Below, piece by piece: positions 26,126 through 37,879 of a stretch of 63,866 nt of DNA; position 1 is the first letter of the stretch; each line of letters opens with the position of its first letter. The notes below the pieces were generated by a model. The model was not told the origin of the DNA. It was given only the letters and a program-made list of their open reading frames with translations, and searched no databases. The stretch comes from Octopus bimaculoides (Eukaryota): contig NC_069006.1 in NCBI RefSeq assembly GCF_001194135.2, positions 6,873,261-6,937,126 on the forward strand, in the 5' to 3' direction. A program made the translations under genes and the position numbers.

Positions 26126-26791
26126 AATGATTATATAAATAGTTTTATTATAATAGATATTTAGTATGAAGAATATTTCAACTACTGGCTTAGATTAAAA
26201 TTCAGAACCAAAATAACCTCATTTACATTAAAAGAAATTTGAAAACAGAGAATTTCTTCTCGCCTATCAAATTATTGCTTTCTAAAAAAGCTCCGTGTTA
26301 AAGTTAGAATCTAAACCTGAATAATTGACTAAGGATATTATTTTACAGAACACCCTCAACTACACCTTTGCTGGCAATTGATCTTGCAGTCTGTAACTGG
26401 CAATCGATGCCTTATCAATTAAGTTACACTGCTATTGCTGTGCTTGAATTATCATGGTTCAGTCATACAACTACACTGTCGCTGACACATTTATTATTAT
26501 AACCCAATATATTTTTAACTCTACAAATTCTTTATAGAAAAGCATATTAAAAGCCAATATATAACAGTTTACTGAGGTGATAACAGGAGAAAGAGGAACA
26601 ACAAGGGTCTCTAAAAATAGGCAGTCATAAATTAACTTAGTTTTTATTAGTAACACTTTTTGGTATTGTAGCAGCCAGTGGAATTGAAATAGACAGACAG
26701 TAGAATGCCAAGCTAACTACTTTACTATAAATACATAGTTTTGTTCATTTAATTTCAAGTTCAAATCTTGCCTTCTCTAAATTGTGCAGTT

Positions 26792-26842
<51 letters not shown>

Positions 26843-27413
26843 CAGTATATTCTTTCAGTTATACCATTTCCAAAGATTGGCCTTGTGCCAAGTGAAAAGA
26901 AATCAATATTACTGTTATCAAAAACAAATATGTAATTTTCTAAAAACCATAAAATTTACAATTTCAAAATATGATGAATAGATGTTTATACACTTTTTTA
27001 TTTCTTTAAAGATTTGAGGGGAAGGGGAATGAACCTTCAGAAAAATTCTAAATGGATTTTTTTTTTTTCCATTTAAAAAGTGAAACATTGCATAAAATAC
27101 AAACCCATCATTGTATCAATATAAAATTAAATTCACCATTGCTTTACTGCATCTAGCCTACTCATTTGTAAATCAAATGAAATACTAGCTATTAAGGGCT
27201 TTAATCTAATAAACATATCTTTCGGTAACTATTTCGTTTTTCCTCCCATATAAGGTAACTTTGTTTACTTTTTTACAGTGTAACCAATAACATTTGTTTC
27301 TCTTCCTCTAATCTTATTTTCCAATGTTCACAAGTAATTTCTAAACATAGATGAATTGGAAGCCTCACAATATAAATAGCTGTAGCTTGCGGGCAGAGTT
27401 TAGAAAGAAACAA

Positions 27414-27414
<1 letters not shown>

Positions 27415-27453
<39 letters not shown>
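27415..27453. repeat. (AAT)n
   Basis: Visible. Confidence 0.95.
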
Positions 27454-27455
<2 letters not shown>

Positions 27456-28015
27456 CCAAAACCCTGTTTTATTGAGGTAGTTTATTCTTCATATCCACAA
27501 TTATAATGCACCTGATGATCAAAAACACCCATCTCAAACAAAAATAAATGGGGTTCCATATATATTTAACATTGTATGGTAGTAATTTTTTTCTCTAAGG
27601 AAATTAGTACTTCAAAATATCCATTTACTCATTGCTAGAAAAATAATGGAGTCAACCTCTTGAGAGAACTTCCTAAAAGATTGGGTGACATTTTAACCAT
27701 TAAATTATATCTAAAAATAAATAAATAAAATGAAGGAAAAGTATTATACATGGAAAAATAAGAAATTCAAAGTGGAGTCATATGAAACTTGTGTATTTTC
27801 ATTATTTGATAGTATTTTGGTCTCTTGACATGAAATTTCAAGTTGATGCATTACACTGTAGTAAACAGTATAAGTGTATGCATATATTTGTTTAGTGTAG
27901 AGTGTGGAGCATAACAGTCTCTATTATACTTTTTGCTTTGTTTTCTCACCATACACTTGTGAAATAAATATACATGTGTGTGTGTGTGTGTGTGTATGTA
28001 TACACAAACATACTC

Positions 28016-28775
28016 ATCATCATCATCGTCATCGTCTAACGTCCGCTTTCCATACTAGCATGGGTTGGACGATTTGACTGAGGACTGGTGAAACCAGATG
28101 GCTACACCAGGCTCCAATCTGATTTGGCAGAGTTTCTACAGCTGGATGCCCTTCCTAACGCCAACCACTCAGAGAGTGTAGTGGGTGCTTTTACGTGTCA
28201 CCCGCACGAAGGCCAGTCAGGCGGTACTGGCAACGGTCACGCTCAAAATGGTGCATTTCATGTGTCACCCGCACAAGAGCCAGTCCAGGGGCACCGGCAA
28301 CGATCTCGCTCGAAAAATTTCATGTGTCACCCGCACAAGAGCCGGGCCAAGGGCACTGGCAACAATCTTGCTCAAAAATCCTACGANNNNNNNNNNNNNN
28401 NNNNNNNNNNNNNNNNNNNNNNNNNNNNNNNNNNNNNNNNNNNNNNNNNNNNNNNNNNNNNNNNNNNNNNNNNNNNNNNNNNNNNNNNNNNNNNNNNNNN
28501 NNNNNNNNNNNNNNNNNNNNNNNNNNNNNNNNNNNNCGATCGAAAATCCCACGAAGGCCAGCCAGGCGGCACTGGCAACGGCCACGCCCAAAATGGTGCA
28601 TTTCATGTGTCACCCGCTCATGAGCCAGTCCAGGGGCACTGGCAACGATCTCGCTCGAAAATCTCATGAAGGCCAGCCAGGCGGCACTGGCAACGGCCAC
28701 GCCCAAAATGGTGCATTTCATGTGTCACCCGCACATGAGCCAGTCCAGGGGCACTGGCAACGATCTCGCTCGATA
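28016..28775 (-). mobile_element. Family C, young copy with expanded two-unit internal minisatellite
   Basis: 3' part is ~95% identical to the reverse complement of 15334-15547. Alternating GAAGGCCAG..GCACTGGCAACGG and GAGCCAGTCCAGGGGCACTGGCAACGATCTCGCTCG units. Confidence 0.95.
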
Positions 28776-28994
28776 ATCTTACAATGTGAGATATTCAGTA
28801 ACAGAATATATATATACTGTATATGTATATAAATATAAAATGTCAGTGTGCGCATGTAATAAGCTGACATGGGTACAACATTTAGTGGGGTATATTAATT
28901 TCTAACAAATTGGTTAAAGAATTAATATCATGTGTGTATGTGCGTGTGTCTAAGTGTCACTCTTTCCTAAAGAACCTATTCTGCCCTATCCCTT

Positions 28995-29250
28995 TCTCTC
29001 ATACATTAACCCCCATCTACTAGCATAAAACCCTTCCCCACAGGTTTCATAGACTTGTGAGCTGCATGACAACCTCACTAGTGTTGGTGGCACAAGAAAA
29101 GCACCAACTGTAAAGTTGTTAGTGTTAGGAAGAGCATCCAGCCATAGAAGCCAAAACAGACACTGGAGTACAATATAGTCTTTGGATCGATTGGATCCAA
29201 CCAAACCGTTCAGTATGTCAGTATGGAATATGGATGTTAAATGATGAAAA
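28995..29250 (+). mobile_element. Family C, diverged
   Basis: AAAAGCACC...GTTAGGAAGAGCATCCAGCCATAGAA...GTTAAATGATG. Confidence 0.75.
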
Positions 29251-29329
29251 TGAGGAAATGATAAAATTCCACAATTTGTGTGTTTACAATTCCACTATAA
29301 TAAAACACAAGAGGAAATTTGAAATAACT

Positions 29330-29550
29330 GTATTTAACTCACATTACTCTAGTCAGATACAATACTTATTTATTCACATTGCTTTGAGTTAATCATGCAA
29401 TATCTTGTAGCTTTGAGATTTTGTTGATGTGATTGGCTGCTTTTAGAATGACATTGCAGATTAGGTGCGAGAGGTCAGGAATGGCTGGTTTGAACATAAA
29501 ACAGGTACAATATTTGGGCCAAATATGGCTGGTTTAAATGCTAAAGGGTT
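29330..29550. mobile_element. Probable piggyBac-type MITE remnant
   Basis: Right end AATGCTAAAGGGTTA (CCC-starting TIR next to a TTAA-like site); left end decayed. Confidence 0.45.
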
Positions 29551-29579
29551 ATACAATATTATTTTATGCTCAAATAAGT

Positions 29580-29760
29580 TACAAATAATTATTTCTAATT
29601 TAGGTACAAGGCTAACAGTTTTGAGAGGAGAGGCTTGGTCAAAGCCATCTACCTGAGTATTTCACTGGTACTTTATTTTACCAACCCTGGAGGGATGAGA
29701 GGCAAAGCTGACATGAGGATTTGAACTCAGAACATAAAGAGCCAAAGTATTTTCTTGTTC
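29580..29760 (-). mobile_element. SINE family B, diverged
   Basis: CACTGGTACTTTATTTTACC...GGATGAGAGGCAAAGCTGAC...GATTTGAACTCAGAAC. Confidence 0.7.
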
Positions 29761-30087
29761 CCCTAACATACTAATGTTGGGCCTCATGGAGGCAATAACC
29801 AAGACTTTTGACATTATGTTGAGCTTGAGAAGACCTGTCAAGCTGAACAAAAGCACAGTCGTGGCAGATACTGGTGTCACACAAATGGCACCCTTGCCAG
29901 TGGCATGTAAAAGCACCCATTACACTCTCGGAGTGGTTAGTGTTAGGAAGGGCATCCAGCAATAGAAAACCATGGCAAATCAGACTGGAGTCTGGTACAG
30001 CCTTCCAGTGTGCCAGCCCAGTCAAACCATCCAACCCATGCCAGCATGGACAACGGACGTTAAATGATGATGAAGATGATGATGATT
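29760..30087 (+). mobile_element. Family C
   Basis: GTGGCATGTAAAAGCACCCATTACACTCTCGGAGTGG...GGAAGGGCATCCAGC...GGACGTTAAATGATGATG. Confidence 0.9.
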
Positions 30088-30562
30088 CTAACAATTCTGC
30101 CAGATCACTGCCCTTATATTGGTAATAATATAAATGGCATGTAACATTAATTCACTTACTTATGAACCAATGATACACAGGGATACCAGAACCAAACACA
30201 AGTCTTCTGAATTAGACAACAACATTAGCAACACAGTAATTAAGTAGTGTACAATGCACATCATTAATTGTAAAATGATAGAAAGGAAAAAAATTAAACC
30301 GACTTGAAATGTTCTTCCCAATTTCACTTTTTATAAAATTATAACGGATTAAAATATAAATTTGTACAAATCCAGAATCAACACATTAACTTCCAGGACA
30401 GATGCAGTTTACTCCCTGGAGATAAATGAACCCCAGTTAAAGAGGCCTTGTTCTATGTAGTTATTTGACTTCCTAGAAATAGAAACCAAATTTCCCTCAA
30501 TTTCCCACTGTAAGTGATTATGTCTAGAATACCTTTGATCTTTTGTCAGCTAGATTAGGACA

Positions 30563-30800
30563 CATCATCATCACCATCATCATTTAACTTCTATTTTTCC
30601 ATGCTTGCATACATCAGATACAGTTTATTTGAGGCAAATTTTCTATGGCTGGATATCCTTCTTGTTGCCAACCCTCACTTGTTTGCAAGCAAGCTAATAT
30701 TTCTCCATGACCAAACACTCTCACAGAATATTGGAAATGAAGGACACAGCTTGTACGATAGTGACACTCATTTATGAGTATCATGCCATGTCAAGACAAG
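30563..30800 (-). mobile_element. Family C short variant
   Basis: (CAT)nTTAAC...GGATATCCTTCTTGTTGCCAACCCTCAC. Confidence 0.7.
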
Positions 30801-30802
30801 GA

Positions 30803-31002
30803 CACACACACGCACACACATATGTATGTATTATATATATATGATAGGCTTCTTTCAGTTCCCAGCTACCAAATTCACTGACAAGGCTTTGGGTGGTCCA
30901 GGATTATAGAAGAAGACATTTACCCAAGATTTCATACAGTAGGACTACTGGACCCAGAACCATGTGGTTGGAAAACAAACCTCTTATCACACAGCCACAC
31001 CT
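30803..31002 (-). mobile_element. SINE family A 5' half
   Basis: GGCTTCTTTCAGTTCC...ACAAGGCTTTGG...GACCCAGAACCATGTGGTTGG. Confidence 0.8.
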
Positions 31003-31489
31003 AAAACAATAAAAACAAAGCCAGAGAAAGGAAAACCAGATGCTTATATTCTGGGTGGATTGAATAAAGAAAGGAAATTAAATGGTGAAATGTTGATGCT
31101 TCATTTGGGAGCTGTTTTTTGTGTAAAGGTGACATGATGTGTACCAGGCATCAACATAGGATCAAATAGAATTGGGGACTAGGATCTGATATTTGCTCAA
31201 AACATCTTTATGTATAAACATTATGATGTTTGTTGTATCTACTATGATGTCAATGTACATGAGAAGAAACCATTAACAGTTTTCTTCTCTCTATACACAG
31301 AAGCGTTGATTTTTAGCAATTAACTAAGATTCATGTAATACTGTCAGCATTAATCAATATATTATTAAGTTGTAATTGAAATAATAACAAAACAAAAACT
31401 GATTGTAGGTGATGGCAAGCCAGACAGGCTATTATAGCTTGGTTATATAACTCTAAACTTGAGTCATTAGATTTACAATAATAGTAATA

Positions 31490-31820
31490 ATCTTCTCTAA
31501 TGTTCGCACTTGGCTTGAAATTTGGGAGGCAGAGTAAGTCAAATGCATCAGCCTCAACGCTCGACTGATATTTTTTCAACACTGAGGGGATGAAAAACAA
31601 AGTAAACCTTAGTAGTATTCATGCTCAGAATATAAAGCAAGAAGAAATGCTACGGAGCATTTCGTCTAGCATGCTAACAATTCTGCCAGTCCACTGTCTC
31701 AATATTTCTACTGAAGGAACACAGCCTGAAAGAAGGTAGTCAGTTATATCAACAGAAGTGCTCAGCTGAAACTTATTTTATTGACCCCAAAAGGATGAAA
31801 GGCAAAATCAACCTCAGCCT
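31490..31820 (-). mobile_element. Two adjacent SINE family B remnants
   Basis: GAGCATTTCGTCTAGCATGCTAACAATTCTGCCAG and GGATGAAAGGCAAAATCAACCTCAGC. Confidence 0.7.
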
Positions 31821-31984
31821 GGATACTATGAACATCTACTACAATAATACTCTTGAGTCTTTCTCCGTCACAACATATGAATGAGAAAGGACGGGGGGAT
31901 AGATGAATAAGGATGGAAGGAAGGAAGGGGTGATGGAAGTTCTACTGTGAAAAAAAATCAAAATGGCATTTCAACTCTGCATGA

Positions 31985-32170
31985 GTATATGTGTGTGTAT
32001 GTAAAAGAGAGGTATGTGAAAGTCTGTGTGTGTGTGTGTGCGTATGTGTAAAAGGGAGGTATGTGAAAGTTTGTGTGTGTATGTGTAAAAGGGAGGTATG
32101 TGAAAATTTGTGTGTGTATGTGTAAAAGGGAGGTATGTGAAAATTTGTGTGTATGTGTGTGTGTGTGAGC
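31985..32170. repeat. ~34-bp minisatellite x4 built on (GT)n
   Basis: GTATGTGTAAAAGGGAGGTATGTGAAA(A/G)TTTGTGT. Confidence 0.9.
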
Positions 32171-32409
32171 GCGTGCAATGGAAGTGGGATGGTGAACATT
32201 CAATGCTGAAAAGAAAAATCAAACAGCGTTTCAACTATGTGTGAGTATATGTGTGTATGTGTGAGCATGTACAAGGGAAGTATGTGTATGTCTGTATCTG
32301 AGATTATTATGTACCTTATTTTGTGCCTTATTTATATATAAATTACTACAATTAGCCGTCATTTTTAACAGCACAGGGCCAGCTAGTATGATTATTATGT
32401 CGCAGGAAA

Positions 32410-32640
32410 GAATTGAAAGATGGATTCATCAAGTCAAGCAAACAAACAGAAAACGTAGGGTGTAGACGTAGAGTGAGATGGTTGGATAATATTCATAGTT
32501 TCAATTGGTTGCACTTGGGAACCCAGCTGGAAAGTGTAAAGATGGTTGCTTCTGATAGAACCCTATGGTAGAGGTGCCTGAGGACTCTATCCATATGACC
32601 CAGGAACAGCGAGTGGAGAAGATGGATGGATGAATGGATG
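32410..32640 (+). mobile_element. RTE-clade LINE 3' end, same family as 12880-13250
   Basis: GCRRRVRWLDNIHS...VASDRTLW. Shares GGTTGGATAATAT(T/C)CATAGT and TTCTGA(T/C)AG with the other copy. (GGAT)n tail. Confidence 0.65.
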
Positions 32641-33829
32641 TGTTATACATTAAGACAAATCAAATTCTTTAATAATTTTCATAGTAATGTTGATCTATGT
32701 TTCTGTTGACTTTAGAATTATCAAACAACTCTAGATAGAACCAAATGTCCATGTATATGTAATGCAAACAACACTTACAAAACTCATATGCACACGCGGT
32801 CCCGTTACAAAATTATTCCTGATAAGATCAACTCACTCAAAAAGACATCCCTAAAGTTTCAATAAACTTATAAATAATAAAACCCACCAACATAACACAA
32901 TAAACATAACATTTCTCTTCAAAGCAGAAATTCTCAATTGCTGCTCATCCATTGAATCATGCAATGCATGTTATCTCTGTATGCATTAATCATTTATATA
33001 GCATTCCTAAATAGATTATAGCTCCTGCTTCCTGTAAATCACTACTTTATAAATCAATGTTTTTGTAAGTCATTTTTTATTGTTATTATTATTATTTCGA
33101 TTTTGATCTTATTTTGCTTCCGTTATAAGAACTACAAGGGGTCCTTGACATCCTGTTGCCAATTTTGGTTTTTGTCAAAGACACTTGGTCACAAATGTTT
33201 TATTCTCTACATTATAATTTGTTGGAATTCAATGATCACGAAAAATTAACAGAATTGAATTAACAACTTATTGTATGATTGATCCTCTGATGAGTGAAAG
33301 GTTGGTATATCTGGCCAATAGCTCATTCAGCTGACTACCTGTGTAATAGAAGTCTGCTCAACCAGGACAAACTTCAGGCTACGTAAAATAAGTATTAATT
33401 TAATTGGCAGTGTATTTTCATGTGTTTGTCTATCCCCCAAAGGACTGTAACTCTGATCTTATTGGACTTATTTCCCTTGCTACTTTATAACTAGTGCATT
33501 ACCTGTCAAATAACAGTTAATGTTGGGAACATACTTTTGCTATTGCTGGTAGTATCAAGTAATGTTACATCTGTAATTATCTGAGAGTTTAAAAAAAGGA
33601 ACATTTTAAATATTGCAGCTATGCAACATAACCTGATACCGTTTATTCCCCTTTGTCCGCCATATTATATATACAAATTACAAAACATCCCTTTTATCTA
33701 CAACAGGATAATCAGATATATTTTTTTGATATGAAGTGAAGAAACAATTTATCTATTATCGCTTACACACACACATCTAACCATTGATCTTACAAATTAT
33801 ACAAATCAGTGAGGGAGCTCAATTTGCTA

Positions 33830-34010
33830 AAGATAGCAGTCAAATGTTTGTCAAATCGCACCCTACCATCTTAAAAATGCAAAGAACTAGCTGTATTAAA
33901 TATTTCTAGATATATTTGAGGAAAATACAGGTTGGTCACATCTGGGATGTCTTTCACCCATAGGTCACTAACGATCGAGCAAAGCTGAGGGTAAAAAACA
34001 ATCAAGTTTA
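33830..34010. mobile_element. Family D, opposite orientation
   Basis: ATAGCAGTCAAAT...CACCCTACCATCTTAAAAA...GGTCAC..CTGGGATGTCTTT...ATAGGTC. Confidence 0.6.
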
Positions 34011-35025
34011 AAAATAGGCATCTTGGAGTAACCTGCTAGAAATAGCAGCCCAAATTTCCTCGAGTTCTTAGATACACTTTACCTAAAAGAAAAAAAGACA
34101 AGACGGTCACAAGGGAACGTCTTTGATCATAATAAACAACAATCTCATAATTAAAGAGTCAGTTGGGAATAGCAATGCAAAAGAAAGATAAACAAAAACG
34201 AAAATAAAACAGCGACGGTGTAAAAATCGCGATACAGGCGCCATTATAGAAACATACATTTGACAACCTGTAGAGAAAACTAACTTGTTACTATGGTTAC
34301 AGCAATAACCCTTGAAAAAATGCTGCTGCTGCTTCTTCCATCCACCCAAGCAATGTACCCCACCCAAGCAATGTACCCCACCCATTCATTGTTGTGTATT
34401 TAATTTTATGCAACACATAAAAGTTTTCAAAATTGAAATTGATGGTGAAGGGGGGAGGGGAATATCGAATAAATTCGTTTGAATGGTTTTTTGATTCTGT
34501 TCTCCGCCCTTATACACACACACACACAGACACACACAAACACAGACACACACACAAACACACTCTCTCTCTCTCACACACACACACATATCATGATGTA
34601 AAGACAAAGTAGAAGATGGGGAGAGGGGATGACACAAAGAGAAGACAGGAATATAACGAGAGAAATGAGTACAGAAATAAGCTAGAAATGGGAATGAAGA
34701 CAGACAGGCAGACAGATATGCAGACATAAGAGACAGAAAAGGCAATGAAGAAGAGGGGAAGAGATAGACATAAAGATAGAGAAGGGGTGGGGAATTGAAA
34801 AAAAAAACGGGGGGGGGGGGGAGGAATCTAAAATATAAATAAACTAGAAGAAATCAGAAAGAGGTAAGTATCGGTATGAGGTGAATGATAGAAAACTTGA
34901 TATTGAGTAGGTCGGTGAGGAGACGGGGGGAAAAAAAAAACCTTTAAAAAATCGAACAACGAAATAGGGAAATTGGGAGACAGACAGACAGGACGGCGGG
35001 ACAGATAGAGAAAAGAAAAAATAAC

Positions 35026-35060
<35 letters not shown>
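35026..35060. repeat. (ATT)n
   Basis: Visible. Confidence 0.95.
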
Positions 35061-35061
<1 letters not shown>

Positions 35062-35949
35062 GTTCATTATAAAAAATAAAGGAAATATTTTCTTTTCGCT
35101 ATTCTATCCTTATATCTTTAGAAAGCGAAAAAAAATAATACAAAGTAAGGAAAAGTAATAGAGGAAAACGAAGCTGCGATCGATCTTCCCTGCCTTTTTT
35201 CCCCTCCCTGCATCTTGCGTCTCCAACATTATCCTATATCAATGTCTGCTTCTCTTCATTCAGCTTAATTCAAGTCTTGCTTTAATTACTTCCTCTTTGC
35301 ACACCACACCAGACCAAACCCGAACCTGTCACTTTTAATTTTGGAATTTTTTTGAAAAAAAGAAAAAAAAAATGTTAACTTAAAACAAAACAAAAAAAGA
35401 TATATATAAATGTACAAGAATATGTTCTTCAAATGTTATATAAATACTGTAGGTGGTGGTAGGGCTGTGGTGGGATGACAGTGGTGGTGGTGGTGGTGNN
35501 NNNNNNNNNNNNNNNNNNNNNNNNNNNNNNNNNNNNNNNNNNNNNNNNNNNNNNNNNNNNNNNNNNNNNNNNNNNNNNNNNNNNNNNNNNNNNNNNNNNN
35601 NNNNNNNNNNNNNNNNNNNNNNNNNNNNNNNNNNNNNNNNNNNNNNNNNNNNNNNNNNNNNNNNNNNNNNNNNNNNNNNNNNNNNNNNNNNNNNNNNNNN
35701 NNNNNNNNNNNNNNNNNNNNNNNNNNNNNNNNNNNNNNNNNNNNNNNNNNNNNNNGTAGTAGTAGTGATGGCGGCGGTGATGGTTATGATGGTGATGGTG
35801 ATGTGGGTGGCAATGGTGATTTATTTTCGTCTTGGCAGAAAAGTGCCTTTTTTTTTTTATTTTTGCCACGAGACAATTGAATTGATTGTTACAGAGTCTA
35901 GTCTATTAAATTGATATTTTTAGTGTATTACTGGTATTTAATTTATTCT

Positions 35950-36940
35950 GAGTGGTTAGATGAAATATGAAATCGGTTTACAGGTAAACTGAACTGAGGA
36001 AAAGAAAGAAAGAGAGAACGGTGGGGGAGGGGGGAATATGAAAAAAAAAAAAGTTGACCAGAAAGTAAAGAAAGGAAGGGGACAGAATTGGAGAAGGGAT
36101 GTGGAGAAGGGGGAGGAGACAGTGATAGGGAGAAAGGAGAGAACAGATGGAAAGGAAGAAAGAAAGAAAGAAAGAAAGAAGGGGCGACAGTATTGGCGGG
36201 AAAAGTAAGAGAAAAAGACAGAGATGAATGAGAGTTGAGGAGAGAGATGGAGAGATGGAGAGAAAAGAGGAGACTGATAAAGAGAAAGGAGTAGAGAGAG
36301 GGGATAGAAACGGAGAAAAAGAAAGAGACGGGGATGGAAAGGAAGGAGGGAAGAAATGGAGAAAAGGAAGGGAACAGAGAGAGAGAAAGAGGGGACAGGG
36401 CGGGGGAAAGGGGAAACAGAGGTGGAGCAGAAGGAGGGGACAAGAATGGAGAAGGAGGGGACAGGGATGAAGAGGAAGGAGGGAATATAAGGGAAGGGGA
36501 AGTCAGACATGGAGGGTTAAGTAGTAAGTTGAGAAATGGAGTGAAAGGAGGGGGCAGCGAAGAAAAGGAGGGGACAGCGAATAAAAGGAGGGGACAGCGA
36601 ATAAAAGGAGGGGACAGCAAATAAAAGGAGGAGAGATGAAGATGGAGAGAAAGGAGGGGAGGGGAGACAATATGAAAAGAAAGAGTAGGATGAAAAAATC
36701 AGGGGGCGGAAGAGAGAGAAAGAGGATAGTGGGAACTAGAAAAGAAAGATTAGGGGATGGGTAATGGCAGTGACAAAAGTTAAGGAAACCGGTAGGGATG
36801 AAAAAGAAAACGATGAGAAAGGGAGAAGGAAAGGTGGGGAAGAGAAAATAAAGAGAGAGAGAAATGGAAACGGGGCGTGGAGAGAAAAGGGATTAAGAAA
36901 AGGGATCAACAGGTGAAAATAAAGATAGAACAGCATGGAA
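35950..36940. repeat. ~1-kb strand-biased GA-rich tract including a 20-bp unit x4
   Basis: Mostly A/G on the + strand; AAAAGGAGGGGACAGCGAAT repeated at ~36545-36630. Confidence 0.9.
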
Positions 36941-37064
36941 TCTACTGTTGAAAGAATCGATATGTGAGTATTTGCATGTTATTATTTGTAGCTTTATCGG
37001 GTTCGAGATTCAGCATTCCTGTTCACATGCACGCGCACAATTTTCACAAGGTAAAGGTTGACAG

Positions 37065-37330
37065 TGTGGCGGCACATGGCCTAGTAGTTAGAGCAGCGAA
37101 CTCGCGATCGAGGGATCGCGGGTTCGAATCTCAGACAGGGCGATGTGTGTGTTTATGAGTGAAACACCTAATCTCCACGCTGCTTCGGCAGAAGGCAATG
37201 GCGAACTTTTGCTGACTCTTTCGCCACAACTTTCCATTCTCTCTTCCCTCCTGCATCTAGCAGCTCGCCAATGAAACCGGGAAACCGGCCTTTATGAGCC
37301 AGACATGGCTCGAGAAGGAACAGACAACAA
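37065..37330 (+). mobile_element. Young tRNA-Arg-like SINE (family E head, distinct body)
   Basis: TGGCCTAGTAGTTAGAGCAGCGAACTCGCGATCG...GGGTTCGAATCTC; CpG-rich. Confidence 0.85.
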
Positions 37331-37879
37331 AGACTGGCAGTGACTTCGAAGTTTCGGCTAAGCTGTCTTCGTCAATCTCACAATGATAGGCGCTTCCCTT
37401 GTAAAAATAAAAACACAATATTCTATTTAAAAGTATNNNNNNNNNNNNNNNNNNNNNNNNNNNNNNNNNNNNNNNNNNNNNNNNNNNNNNNNNNNNNNNN
37501 NNNNNNNNNNNNNNNNNNNNNNNNNNNNNNNNNNNNNNNNNNNNNNNNNNNNNNNNNNNNNNNNNNNNNNNNNNNNNNNNNNNNNNNNNNNNNNNNNNNN
37601 NNNNNNNNNNNNNNNNNNNNNNNNNNNNNNNNNNNNNNNNNNNNNNNNNNNNNNNNNNNNNNNNNNNNNNNNNNNNNNNNNNNNNNNNNNNNNNNNNNNN
37701 NNNNNNNNNNNNNNNNNNNNNNNNNNNNNNNNNNNNNNNNNNNNNNNNNNNNNNNNNNNNNNNNNNNNNNNNNNNNNNNNNNNNNNNNNNNNNNNNNNNN
37801 NNNNNNNNNNNNNNNNNNNNNNNNNNNNNNNNNNNNNNNNNNNNNNNNNNNNNNNNNNNNNNNNNNNNNNNNNNNNATA

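Noticed and set aside
28190-28775. Regularly spaced GC-rich repeats as a CRISPR-like array
   Set aside because: The units are contiguous and mutually similar with no unique spacers. The context is a eukaryotic retroposon and there are no cas genes.
33130-33263. Plus-strand terminal-exon candidate ELQGVLDILLPILVFVKDTW...
   Set aside because: Two of three frames are open for ~40 codons and no homologue was recognised, so it is not discriminating.
35943-36620. 225-aa and 184-aa F/S/P/L-rich ORFs and their E/R/G/K-rich antisense ORFs
   Set aside because: By-product of the GA-rich tract, which lacks stop codons.
37338-37375. Hammerhead-like TTGACGA...GAAACTTCGAAGTC on the minus strand with palindromic stem III
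   Set aside because: C3 is replaced, stem II has two mismatches and stem I cannot pair. At most a dead relic.
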